Shown: one piece after another, positions 1-8,328 of the stretch
How the letters are laid out: every line of letters begins with the position of its first letter
Numbering within the stretch: the first letter of the stretch is position 1
DNA from: Bacillota bacterium
GTDB lineage: Bacteria > Bacillota > Clostridia > Acetivibrionales > DTU013
Length of the DNA stretch: 64,000 nucleotides
Direction of reading: 5' to 3'
Assembly: GCA_023411575.1 (NCBI GenBank)
Contig: JAEYOP010000049.1
Location: 1-64,000, forward strand
Translations under genes and position numbers: made by a program
The notes under the pieces: generated by a model
What the model was told of the DNA's origin: nothing
The model's database searches: none
The model's input: the letters and a program-made list of their open reading frames with translations, nothing else

Positions 1-204
1 TGTCGGCTTCATCCCTGAGGCGTTCCTGCCTTCGCGTTCTTTCCTTCACCCTTCTTCTTTATCTTGCCTTATTTACCTCATCCGCTTCCTTTGTCCTGTC
101 CGCTTGCTTCACCCTATCCGCCTATTGTGAACAGACTCAACAGGAAGCATAATATCTGCCCATTATATCCATTCAGGAATCGGATTTCATATTCTAGCGA
201 TTTC

Positions 205-1344
205 TTAGCGTTCCGGAAGGAATATCCGGTATTCTCCGGCCAGCATCAGCAGGCAGAAAAAGTACAGGCAGTTGTCATAATACCTGCGGTTGCCTTTCCG
301 GAGCGGGGTATTCCAGAAATGGCGGACCCAGTCCAGACGGTACTTGCCCTCCGCGGCAAGGGAGCCTGCGGCGTTGGTGGCGATGATCGCCACCGGGTGC
401 AGCGCCGGCTGTGCGAGCGGCGTGCCGTCCAGCATGTAGGAATGGTATTGCCCCAATTCCGTATTTTCACTGAAAAATGCCTGCAATCGATCCATGATCT
501 CTCCCAGGGCTTCATCCCTGCCGAACCAGGAAGCGTCCAGGCCGATGTTCATGGCCACGCGATATGCGTCCGAATAGAATTGCCCGTCGTTGTACATATG
601 CTTCGGCGTGCCGTCGAATTCCGCATATTCCGGCGCCATCCCCGTACGGCTGTGACAGGCGATGCGCAGGTAGCTGCGGCTCGCTCCGGCGGCTTCCCGC
701 CAGAAAGGCCTATCCTGCTCGTCAGCCAGCAGCGCGAACAACTCGTAAAAATGGGGCAGGTGATAGGAAGGATCGGAAAACGGAGCTTCCGGAACAAACT
801 TGATATAGTGGTTGGCACTGTCCCACATGGGTTGGCCGCCTTCCGCCAGTTCCGCCTGATGGATGCAGTGGCGCAGGATTTCCCTGGCCTGCACGCCATA
901 GTTAAAGGGCGCCGGACCGTCTCCCCATCGGGCGGATGCAAAGAAAAGGGCCATGGCGAAGTATTCTTCCCCGTCCGGCGCCGGCCCTTCGGCATTCTTC
1001 ACCCCTGCCGGCGAAACGGACCAGGCAAAGTATCCCCTGTATTTTCCTCCGCTCTGGTACATATAGGTCTTCGAAAAAAGCCACAGCCGGTCGAATAGAT
1101 CCTTTCGATCCATTTGGACCGCCATCATCATTCCATAACTCATGCCCTCAGTGCGCGCGTCGTTGTTGCCGGTATCGAGCATGTAGCCCATATTCCCGCC
1201 CATTTCAAAGTAGATGCGCTCCTCCGGGTCAAAGAACATAGTTTCAAAGGTTTCCCGGATTTTTTTCCGCGATTGCTCCTTCGATATCCCGGTTTCCGCA
1301 AACAGGTCACGGTACTCGCTTGTAAAGTATGCTCCGCTTTTCAT
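205..1344 (-). CDS. Glycoside hydrolase family 8, reducing-end xylose-releasing exo-oligoxylanase-like (Rex8)
   Basis: Minus-strand ORF; the internal Met (MKSGAYFTSEY...) is preceded by a strong RBS GGAGAGGG, so the 470-aa track ORF is trimmed to 380 aa. GH8 catalytic-acid motif TEGMSYGM (SEGQSYGM-type) and overall similarity to Rex8/GH8 (alpha/alpha)6 enzymes. Confidence 0.7.
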   Translation of the reverse strand: MKSGAYFTSEYRDLFAETGISKEQSRKKIRETFETMFFDPEERIYFEMGGNMGYMLDTGNNDARTEGMSYGMMMAVQMDRKDLFDRLWLFSKTYMYQSGGKYRGYFAWSVSPAGVKNAEGPAPDGEEYFAMALFFASARWGDGPAPFNYGVQAREILRHCIHQAELAEGGQPMWDSANHYIKFVPEAPFSDPSYHLPHFYELFALLADEQDRPFWREAAGASRSYLRIACHSRTGMAPEYAEFDGTPKHMYNDGQFYSDAYRVAMNIGLDASWFGRDEALGEIMDRLQAFFSENTELGQYHSYMLDGTPLAQPALHPVAIIATNAAGSLAAEGKYRLDWVRHFWNTPLRKGNRRYYDNCLYFFCLLMLAGEYRIFLPER

Positions 1345-1549
1345 CGTTACCCTCTCCTCTGTTCCGTTTCTTTGTCCTCTAACCGAACTATATCGCTCCG
1401 GCTCCGGGAAGTCCATGGATTTTCCCCCAACTTCCTTGTACTTTTTTAAGACACGGTGGCCGCGGTGAGGAAATTTTAAATATGACATTCTGTTGTACAG
1501 TTTGATGCGGTAAAATGGAGGTAATACATCGCAAAAGAAGGAAGGTCCA

Positions 1550-2419
1550 ATGCATTTTAAAGAAGTAAAGGCGATCCTGTCGCCGCACAACGGGATGAAT
1601 ATATACCGGGGCTGCACTCACGGTTGTATTTACTGCGATAGCAGAAGCAAATGCTATAACATGGAGCATGACTTTGAAGATATCGAGGTCAAAAGCAACG
1701 CGCCGGAGTTGCTGGAAGCGGCCCTCCGGAAAAAGCGCAAAAAGTGCATGATCGGAACCGGCTCCATGTGCGATCCGTATATGGAGATAGAGCTCAGGCT
1801 GCAGCATACCCGCAGGTGCCTTGAAATCATCGATCAATATGGCTTCGGACTCAGCATATTGACGAAATCCAACCGCATTCTGCGCGATCTGGATCTTCTG
1901 GAAAGGATACACAGGAAATCCAAATGCGTTGTACAGATCACACTGACGACCTATGACGAGAAGCTGTGCAGGATCCTGGAGCCGGCGGTCAGCACGACCA
2001 GGGAGCGCTTCGAGGTGCTGGAAATCATGCGGGATAGAGGAATTCCGACCGTTGTGTGGCTTGATCCGATTTTGCCTTTCATCAACGACACGGAAGAGAA
2101 TCTGCGCGGCATTCTGGACTATTGCGCCAGGGCCCGGGTATACGGCATTATTTGCTTCAGCATCGGGCTTACCCTGCGGGACGGCAATCGGGAATATTTC
2201 TATAAAAAGCTGGACGAGCATTTTCCCGGACTAAAGCAGAAATACCAGAAGAAATACGGCTACAGCTATGAAATACAAAGCGACAACAATGAAAGGCTGA
2301 TGGGCATTTTCTACGAGGAATGCGCAAAGCATGGGATTGTCAGCAATAGCCATGCCGTATTCGAGTATTTGCATACCTTTGAAGACAAGCAGCAAGTGGA
2401 GCAGATCAGCATGTTCTAG
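1550..2419 (+). CDS. Radical SAM protein, SPL/DNA-photolyase-like family (COG1533)
   Basis: N-terminal motif NIYRGCTHGCIYCDS (CxxxCxxC radical SAM cluster motif in the GCxHxCxYC context typical of SplB-like proteins). 289 aa with no SPASM-like C-terminal cysteine cluster. Confidence 0.7.
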   Translation: MHFKEVKAILSPHNGMNIYRGCTHGCIYCDSRSKCYNMEHDFEDIEVKSNAPELLEAALRKKRKKCMIGTGSMCDPYMEIELRLQHTRRCLEIIDQYGFGLSILTKSNRILRDLDLLERIHRKSKCVVQITLTTYDEKLCRILEPAVSTTRERFEVLEIMRDRGIPTVVWLDPILPFINDTEENLRGILDYCARARVYGIICFSIGLTLRDGNREYFYKKLDEHFPGLKQKYQKKYGYSYEIQSDNNERLMGIFYEECAKHGIVSNSHAVFEYLHTFEDKQQVEQISMF

Positions 2420-2508
2420 AATTTTGCTCCTTTGAGCGGAGGAAGAGCCTGGGCGAGACGCCTATTATGACGCGCGCGTTACAATATTATGACAATATTG
2501 TAAAACGA

Positions 2509-2543
2509 TTGACATTCGCGACAATCGCCTGATAGAATACAAA
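2509..2543 (+). promoter_or_regulatory. Sigma-A-like promoter (TTGACA-18-TAGAAT)
   Basis: ttgacattcgcgacaatcgcctgatagaat lies ~65 nt upstream of the small ORF at 2608. Confidence 0.35.
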
Positions 2544-2607
2544 ACAGGCCGCAATGAATTCATCTGGCGGCAAATAAATTGAATTCACAGGAAAGGAGGA
2601 TTACCCC

Positions 2608-2724
2608 ATGTATCTGCTCAGAACCGGACGGCCGGAACAAAAAAATACGATAGATGCAATATCATATGGTCGGATTGGAAATTTGCAAAAATGCGGGCTT
2701 AATCCTCTATCAGGTGAATGCTGA
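2608..2724 (+). CDS. Small ORF (38 aa, MYLLRTGRPEQKNTIDAISYGRIGNLQKCGLNPLSGEC), hypothetical
   Basis: Near-consensus RBS AAAGGAGGA 7 nt upstream of the ATG and a promoter-like element upstream. Below the 60-aa cutoff of the ORF track. No homology recognised. Confidence 0.3.
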   Translation: MYLLRTGRPEQKNTIDAISYGRIGNLQKCGLNPLSGEC

Positions 2725-2875
2725 GACATGGAATGCCGGACGGTATGTGATCCGGCGCCGGTATCCGAAAAGCGTTTATCCAGGGTGGCTGAGCCTGATT
2801 GACAGGATTTGGCCGCTTTTTATTTTATTCGTCCTTGTGGAAAATCCAATAAGCCAGGAAACAGAAAATAAATAT

Positions 2876-2910
2876 GGGTGGGTATGGTTCGACTCCATCC
2901 CCGCCCACCA
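2876..2910 (+). ncRNA. tRNA-like minihelix fragment (acceptor-like stem, T-loop GGTTCGACTCC, 3' CCCGCCCACCA)
   Basis: GGGTGGG..GGTTCGACTCC..CCCGCCC-ACCA. T-arm and acceptor mimic with an encoded CCA, but no D arm or anticodon arm. Not a complete tRNA. Confidence 0.3.
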
Positions 2911-3032
2911 TGGTTCTTGTTGTTGCTGTTTCCTATGCGGAGATTTCCGAATGGTCTCGCGGTGCCCCGATTTTCAGTGAACCGGGGTATGCCGGGGGCG
3001 GCAGGGACATTAGCCAGTTAACCGGAGGGTCG

Positions 3033-3133
3033 GAGGTTCGAGTCCTCCATTGCCTGTGCGGCGATTAGCTCAGCGGTAGAGCATTCGGCACGATAATGAA
3101 GGTTCGAGTCCTTCATCGGACGCAGGTCCGATT
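3033..3133 (+). ncRNA. Degenerate tRNA-like elements: T-arm GGAGGTTCGAGTCCTCC, an intact tRNA 5' half, a second T-arm GAAGGTTCGAGTCCTTC, then a perfect hairpin
   Basis: The tRNA 5' half GCGGCGATTAGCTCAGCGGTAGAGC spans 3058-3082. The second T-arm spans 3098-3114 and the perfect 7-bp hairpin ATCGGAC-GCAG-GTCCGAT spans 3116-3133. The anticodon stem is imperfect and overlaps the T-stem, and there is no 3' acceptor strand, so these are tRNA-derived or tRNA-mimicking RNA rather than a functional tRNA gene. Confidence 0.3.
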
Positions 3134-3510
3134 GGCGAAACGGTAAACGCAGTAGACTGAGGATCTACCATCACATGTCCAATGTGCATCAAACGGAACC
3201 TTTTGAAAGAATCCTCGGTGCCGGCAGGCTTCCTGCGGGCACACCGGCAGCAATGCCCTGAAGTGCGCGGATACCGGGTCCGGCAATCCGGCTGCCGCAG
3301 CGGACCATTCGAACCGGTCTTTGCAGGACGTACCTGCAAACCCGGAACGAATGCCGATGCGGCGATCGGAACGCCGGACCCTCAAGCGGCACTCCGCAAT
3401 TGCTCCGGGAGGATTCTTTACAGAGGTTCGCCGGGTAAGCCCGGGGCTTGCCGGCAGAGAAAACGGAAAAAACACGTGTTTTACATAAATAAAGCAAGAA
3501 GGTGAATGAA

Positions 3511-4653
3511 ATGAAAGTAAGGATCAAAAACGACGAGCGGGGACTTCTGTTCAAGGAGGGCAACTATGTGAGGTGCCTCATGCCCGGAAAGCACAGCTTT
3601 AACCCCTTTGTCGAGTACTCTGTGAAAGTGGCCGATTTGAACAAGGCGTTTGACACCGCCGGCAAAAACCTCAACATATTCCTCCAGGATCAGGAACTGG
3701 TCAGGGAGTTGACTGTCGTTGACGTACAAGACCATGAAATTGCCATACACTTTGAGGACGGCAAGCTTGCGGAGGTACTGAGAGCCGGAAAGTACGCATA
3801 TTGGAATGCGTTGAAAAAGCACAGCTTCATCCTGGTCGATACCAGGGACCCGGAAGTAAAGCCGGAGATGGACGTATCCGTTTATAGCAATCCCAAGCTG
3901 TCGGGCTGTGTCGGGTATTTTGACGTTGCGAATCACGAAAAGGGTATCCTTTACTATAACAATGTGATTATAAAGACCCTTGAGCCCGGAAGGTACTTCT
4001 TCTGGAAGAGCCCGGTCGCAGTGGCGGTAAAAAACGTCGACCTGAGGCTGCAGCAGATAGACATGACCGGCCAGGAGATCATGACGGAGGATAAGATCAC
4101 CCTCAGACTGAACTTCGTATGCCAGTACAGGATCACCGATCCGCTGAAGGTCGTGCAGATCAAATCCTTTGAGGAGCAGCTATACATTGTTTTGCAGTTG
4201 ATCCTGAGGGAGTACGTCGGCTCTCTGAAGCTGGATGACCTGCTGACGAAAAAGCAGGAGATCGGCGCCTATGTGCTGGAAAGGCTAAAGGAGAAGAACA
4301 GGGAATTCGGTGTGGAGTTCCTGTACACAGGGCTGAAGGATGTCATCCTGCCCGGGGATATCAAGGAGATCCTGAATACCGTCCTGATTGCGGAGAAGAA
4401 GGCCCAGGCCAACGTAATCACCAGGCGGGAGGAGATCGCTTCTACCAGGAGCCTGCTGAATACGGCCAGGCTTATGGAGGAGAACCAGACGCTTTACAGG
4501 CTGAAAGAGCTGGAGTACCTGGAGAAGATCTGCGAGAAGATCGGCAATGTTTCGCTGACAGGCGGGGGCAGCCTGCTGGAGCAGCTGAACACCTTGCTGT
4601 CCGGGCGCAATAACAATAAACGGGTAATAGAAAGTAGTGGTAAAAATGATTGA
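3511..4653 (+). CDS. SPFH/Band-7 domain protein (no N-terminal TM helix, C-terminal coiled coil)
   Basis: ERGLLFKEGNYVRCLMPGKHSFNPFVEYSVKVADL matches the start of the SPFH domain. RBS AAGAAGG sits before the ATG at 3511, so the track's GTG at 3502 is trimmed. Its stop overlaps the rtcB start. Confidence 0.75.
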   Translation: MKVRIKNDERGLLFKEGNYVRCLMPGKHSFNPFVEYSVKVADLNKAFDTAGKNLNIFLQDQELVRELTVVDVQDHEIAIHFEDGKLAEVLRAGKYAYWNALKKHSFILVDTRDPEVKPEMDVSVYSNPKLSGCVGYFDVANHEKGILYYNNVIIKTLEPGRYFFWKSPVAVAVKNVDLRLQQIDMTGQEIMTEDKITLRLNFVCQYRITDPLKVVQIKSFEEQLYIVLQLILREYVGSLKLDDLLTKKQEIGAYVLERLKEKNREFGVEFLYTGLKDVILPGDIKEILNTVLIAEKKAQANVITRREEIASTRSLLNTARLMEENQTLYRLKELEYLEKICEKIGNVSLTGGGSLLEQLNTLLSGRNNNKRVIESSGKND

Positions 4654-5836
4654 AATCAAAGGAAAGTACAATACGGCAAAAGTTTATACGGACTGCCTGG
4701 AGAGCCAGGCGGCGGCCCAGATCCTGGAGCTTTGCAACCAGGAGTTCGCAAAGGACAGCATCATAAGGATCATGCCGGATACCCATGCCGGCGCGGGGTG
4801 CACCATCGGGACCACGATGACCGTCTCGGACAGGATCGTACCGAATCTTGTCGGGGTGGATATCGGCTGCGGCATGGAAACGGTCAGGCTGAAGGACAAG
4901 GAAATCGATTTGCGGAAGCTGGATCAGGTAATCCACGAGCATGTTCCTTCCGGGTTTGACATCCGCAAAAAGCAGCATCCTTATGCAGAGAGCATCAACC
5001 TGAATGACCTGGTATGCAAAAAGCATATCAGCATGGACAGGGCATTGCAGAGTGTCGGCACCCTAGGGGGCGGAAACCATTTTATCGAGGTGAATAAAAG
5101 CGACGCAGGCGAGTTGTTTCTTGTTGTTCACTCCGGGAGCAGATACCTTGGCAAGCAGGTTGCGGAGCATTATCAGGAAAAGGGTTACAAGGAGCTGACC
5201 GACACCAGCATCGCCGTTGGCGAGGTCATCAAAAAGCTGAAAGCCGAAGGCCGCGAAAGGGAAATCCAGAAAGAAATCCATAAAATAAAGCCGGAGCATT
5301 TCAGCAGGCAGCTTGCATATGTCCAGGGGCAGAGCTACAGGGACTACTTAAGCGACATGAAAACGGTACAGAAATACGCGGTGCTCAACCGGAAGGCAAT
5401 CATCGACGAAATCCTGAAGCGGATGGGCTTTGGCGCGGCGGAGCAATTCACCACGGTTCACAATTATATCGACCTTGAAGGGATGATCCTGAGAAAGGGT
5501 GCTATTTCGGCACGGCTGGGCGAAAAGGTGCTGATTCCGATCAATATGCGGGACGGCAGCCTGATCTGCAGGGGAAAGGGCAACGCCGACTGGAACTATT
5601 CCGCACCCCATGGGGCGGGGAGGCTGATGAGCAGGAGCCAGGCGAAGGAGAGGATCACACTGGAGGAATTTGAAAAATCCATGGAAGGAATTTATTCCAC
5701 TACGGTGAATCGCTCTACGCTGGACGAATGCGCCCTTGCCTATAAGCCCATGGAGGAAATCGTCAATAATGTACAGGATACGGTTGAAATCCTTGACGTG
5801 ATCAAGCCGATCTACAATTTCAAAGCCGCAGAGTAA
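4646..5836 (+). CDS. rtcB: RNA-splicing ligase RtcB
   Basis: Hallmark RtcB motifs PDTHAGAG, GGGNHFIE and PHGAGR. ATG at 4646 lies 5 nt before the SPFH stop codon (translational coupling). Confidence 0.9.
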   Translation: MIEIKGKYNTAKVYTDCLESQAAAQILELCNQEFAKDSIIRIMPDTHAGAGCTIGTTMTVSDRIVPNLVGVDIGCGMETVRLKDKEIDLRKLDQVIHEHVPSGFDIRKKQHPYAESINLNDLVCKKHISMDRALQSVGTLGGGNHFIEVNKSDAGELFLVVHSGSRYLGKQVAEHYQEKGYKELTDTSIAVGEVIKKLKAEGREREIQKEIHKIKPEHFSRQLAYVQGQSYRDYLSDMKTVQKYAVLNRKAIIDEILKRMGFGAAEQFTTVHNYIDLEGMILRKGAISARLGEKVLIPINMRDGSLICRGKGNADWNYSAPHGAGRLMSRSQAKERITLEEFEKSMEGIYSTTVNRSTLDECALAYKPMEEIVNNVQDTVEILDVIKPIYNFKAAE

Positions 5837-5847
5837 CAGAATGCAAA

Positions 5848-5878
5848 AAAACGGTTTCCAGCGAAACCGTTTTTTTAA
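5848..5878. terminator. Bidirectional rho-independent terminator (aaacggtttccagcgaaaccgttttttt)
   Basis: GC-rich hairpin followed by a T-run, between the convergent rtcB and manA genes. Confidence 0.55.
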
Positions 5879-5910
5879 TGGAAGAATTCCGCACGCCGGA
5901 GGGTACGGCT

Positions 5911-6969
5911 TCAGTCCGTGATCATTTTGTAAATGCTGTCCTGGCTGTGTCCTGCCGCTCTCAGCGGATCGACGATATCGTTTTTCAGATCCGGGATATA
6001 CGCCTTTAACGCCTTGAAAGCGCCCTGGAGGGTATAATCGCCCAGATGGGCGGGGATCAGCACCGTTTCCCCGGTCTTGAAGCCGGTAAACCCGCCGGAG
6101 TAGTACTCTATTTTGCCTTCCCCCTCCGTAAAGATATAAATGTGGAACTTGCTTCCGTTCGCTTTTTCCAAAGTCTTGCCGTTCACGTTGTAAAGCTCGG
6201 CGGCAAAGAAACGGTTTGCAACGACGTAGGTTTTGCGGGAGGAGGCATCCAGTTCGACGGTCAGGCCAACGGCCTTTTCCTTTCTGCCGCTGGGCTCGAA
6301 TTTGATGACTTCCAGGGCCTGCCGGACATGCAGAGCCCTCTTTTTCCCTTCGCTGTCCACCCGGTCGTAATCGTACACCCTGTAAGTAGTGTTGGAGCTT
6401 TGCTGTATCTCGGCCAGCACGATCCCCTCGCCTATGGCATGGACCACTCCCGCAGGGATGTTTACAACATCGCCGGCCCGGACCTCCACATACCGGAGGC
6501 AGCTTTCCAGGCGATTGTCTTTCAACGCTTCCTCAAAGCCTTCTCTGGTAACGCCGGGCGCAACTCCGTAAACCAGCTTTGCACCGGGTTTCGCATCCAG
6601 GATGTACCACATTTCGTTCTTGCCCAGTCCGCCTTCTTCATAGACAGCGGCGTATTCGTCGTCGGGATGGACCTGGACGGACAGCCTGTCATTGGCGTCA
6701 ATGAGCTTGATCAGCAAAGGGAATTGTTCAATATGGGCATTGGAAAAACGGTCCCCGATTATTCTGGATTTCTGGATTTTCAAAAGCTCCGGCAGCGATT
6801 GTCCCTCAAAAGCTCCGTTCGCCACGATGCTGACGCCGTCCGGGTGGCAGGACAGGTCCCAGCTCTCGGCAACCTTTCCTTCCGGCAGCGTTCTGCCGAA
6901 TTTCTCCAGGTTTCTGCCTCCCCAGAGATAGTTCTTGTATACGGGATTGAATTTAAGCGGGTAAAGCAT
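5911..6969 (-). CDS. manA: Mannose-6-phosphate isomerase, class I (cupin)
   Basis: Motifs KNYLWGG and SVQVHPDD; ~350 aa. RBS GTGAGGAA on the minus strand. Confidence 0.85.
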   Translation of the reverse strand: MLYPLKFNPVYKNYLWGGRNLEKFGRTLPEGKVAESWDLSCHPDGVSIVANGAFEGQSLPELLKIQKSRIIGDRFSNAHIEQFPLLIKLIDANDRLSVQVHPDDEYAAVYEEGGLGKNEMWYILDAKPGAKLVYGVAPGVTREGFEEALKDNRLESCLRYVEVRAGDVVNIPAGVVHAIGEGIVLAEIQQSSNTTYRVYDYDRVDSEGKKRALHVRQALEVIKFEPSGRKEKAVGLTVELDASSRKTYVVANRFFAAELYNVNGKTLEKANGSKFHIYIFTEGEGKIEYYSGGFTGFKTGETVLIPAHLGDYTLQGAFKALKAYIPDLKNDIVDPLRAAGHSQDSIYKMITD

Positions 6970-7157
6970 TGCGATTCCTCACAGTCTGTTTTGTCGAGTC
7001 GGCTGGGTTCCTCCCGAACAGGTATTTTAAAGCTTTTGACAACTCTTTTTGTTAGTTGATCATATCACAGGTCCCAGTTGATATCAAGATACCGGATGGG
7101 CGGCGCAGACCGGGTAAATTACATAAGACGACGGCTTACTGGCAAAATATTAAAAAG

Positions 7158-7186
7158 TTGACAATAAGTCGTCTATTCCGTATAAT
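7158..7186 (+). promoter_or_regulatory. Consensus sigma-A promoter TTGACA-17-TATAAT for the LacI-family gene
   Basis: ttgacaataagtcgtctattccgtataat. Confidence 0.5.
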
Positions 7187-7194
7187 TTAGCGTA

Positions 7195-7208
7195 TGAAAC
7201 TGTTTTCA
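7195..7208 (+). promoter_or_regulatory. Imperfect palindrome TGAAACTGTTTTCA (LacI-family operator-like) between the -10 box and the RBS
   Basis: 14-bp dyad. It does not fit the CcpA cre consensus at the central CG, so it is more likely an autoregulatory operator. Confidence 0.3.
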
Positions 7209-7223
7209 CGATAGAGGGTTAAC

Positions 7224-8276
7224 ATGCTAAAAAGGGCATTAACGGTCTACGACATCGCAAAAGAAGCAGAGGTATCCCCGGCAACCGTTTCCAGAGTATT
7301 GACCGGCAATGCGAATGTCAGTACTGAAAAAAAGGAAAGAATCCAGACCATCATCAACAAATACAATTTCAAACCCAATGCCATCGCCAGGAGCCTGATC
7401 AAAAAGGAGTCCATGATGATCGGCTTTATATTGCCCGATATCACCAACCCGTTCTTTGCCTCCGTCTTCCTGGAAGCCGAAAATTATGCGAAAGACCTGG
7501 GATATACCATTTTGCTGTGCAATTCCCTGAATGACAGCTATAAGAATATGACCAACATGGAGTCTCTCTATTTGAAGACCCTTGTCGAAAAGCAGGTGGA
7601 CGGCATCATCCTCATGGGCGGCCGGATCAACGAGACCAAAACGATCAAGGAGCAGGCCGACGAAGTGAATGAAATCCTGGAACAGCTTCCGCTGGTCATG
7701 ATCAATGGCAGAATGATCGGCGTGGATGGCTACAAAGTCTGTTCCGACGAAAAGGATGGGATATACCAGCTGGTGGATTACCTGTACCGCCTGGGCCATA
7801 GGAAATTTGGCTTTATCGGCGGTGTAAAGGGCATTACTTCCTCGGACATCAAAACCAAAACCCTCCTTTCCCTGGCGAAGGAATACGGGTTCACCTGCAA
7901 AAGCGAGTGGTTCATCCCCGGAAGCTTTTCCATCGAAAGCGGCGCCGAGTGCATGAACCGGCTGCTGCTGAACCGGGACCTGCCGACAGCTGTCCTGGCG
8001 GTAAACGACTTTGTCGCCGCCGGCGCGTTGAAAACGGCGGTAAAGAGAGGGTATAAAATACCCGGAGATCTTTCCATTACCGGATTTGACGATACCTATG
8101 TCGCCGATATCGTATCTCCGAGCATCACGTCGGTCAACCACAATGCGCAGGAGCTTGCAAAAGCCGCCGTGGATGTCATTGCCGGCCTGGCAAGCGGAAA
8201 AGCGGTGAAGAAGGACCAAACCGTAAAAACCATTATTTCAATCCGGGAATCCTGCTCCAAAATCCATCTGGACTAA
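7224..8276 (+). CDS. LacI-family transcriptional regulator
   Basis: N-terminal HTH (LTVYDIAKEAEVSPATVSRVLTGN) plus a periplasmic-binding-protein-like sugar-binding core. RBS AGAGGG. Confidence 0.85.
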   Translation: MLKRALTVYDIAKEAEVSPATVSRVLTGNANVSTEKKERIQTIINKYNFKPNAIARSLIKKESMMIGFILPDITNPFFASVFLEAENYAKDLGYTILLCNSLNDSYKNMTNMESLYLKTLVEKQVDGIILMGGRINETKTIKEQADEVNEILEQLPLVMINGRMIGVDGYKVCSDEKDGIYQLVDYLYRLGHRKFGFIGGVKGITSSDIKTKTLLSLAKEYGFTCKSEWFIPGSFSIESGAECMNRLLLNRDLPTAVLAVNDFVAAGALKTAVKRGYKIPGDLSITGFDDTYVADIVSPSITSVNHNAQELAKAAVDVIAGLASGKAVKKDQTVKTIISIRESCSKIHLD

Positions 8277-8328
8277 GCTGTTCCGCCGGTCCTATTTCTG
8301 TTGAACTCTCCCCGCTGATTTATCCAAA

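Noticed and set aside
64-1098. 344-aa plus-strand ORF at the window start
   Set aside because: It is antisense to the GH8 gene, whose TEGMSYGM catalytic motif and RBS support the minus strand.
1550-2724. A confident RiPP precursor plus maturase call
   Set aside because: The radical SAM protein is COG1533 or SPL-like with no SPASM or twitch domain and is not known as a RiPP maturase. It is kept only as a low-confidence small-ORF finding.
2560-2920. tmRNA (ssrA) ending in the ...CCCGCCCACCA element at 2900-2910
   Set aside because: I could not find a tag-peptide reading frame ending in ALAA-stop, nor a 5' acceptor strand ~350 nt upstream. The GGGTGGG that pairs with the 3' end is immediately adjacent (minihelix), which is not tmRNA topology.
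3058-3130. Calling a bona fide tRNA gene
   Set aside because: The acceptor 5' strand and D-arm are perfect and a T-arm is present. The anticodon stem is defective (G-A closing pair, A at position 33) and overlaps the T-stem. No complementary 3' acceptor strand exists, and a hairpin replaces it. Better described as a tRNA-derived or tRNA-mimic element.
7195-7208. Catabolite-responsive element (cre)
   Set aside because: The central dinucleotide and position 6 do not match the TGWAANCGNTNWCA consensus. It is more consistent with a LacI-family operator.
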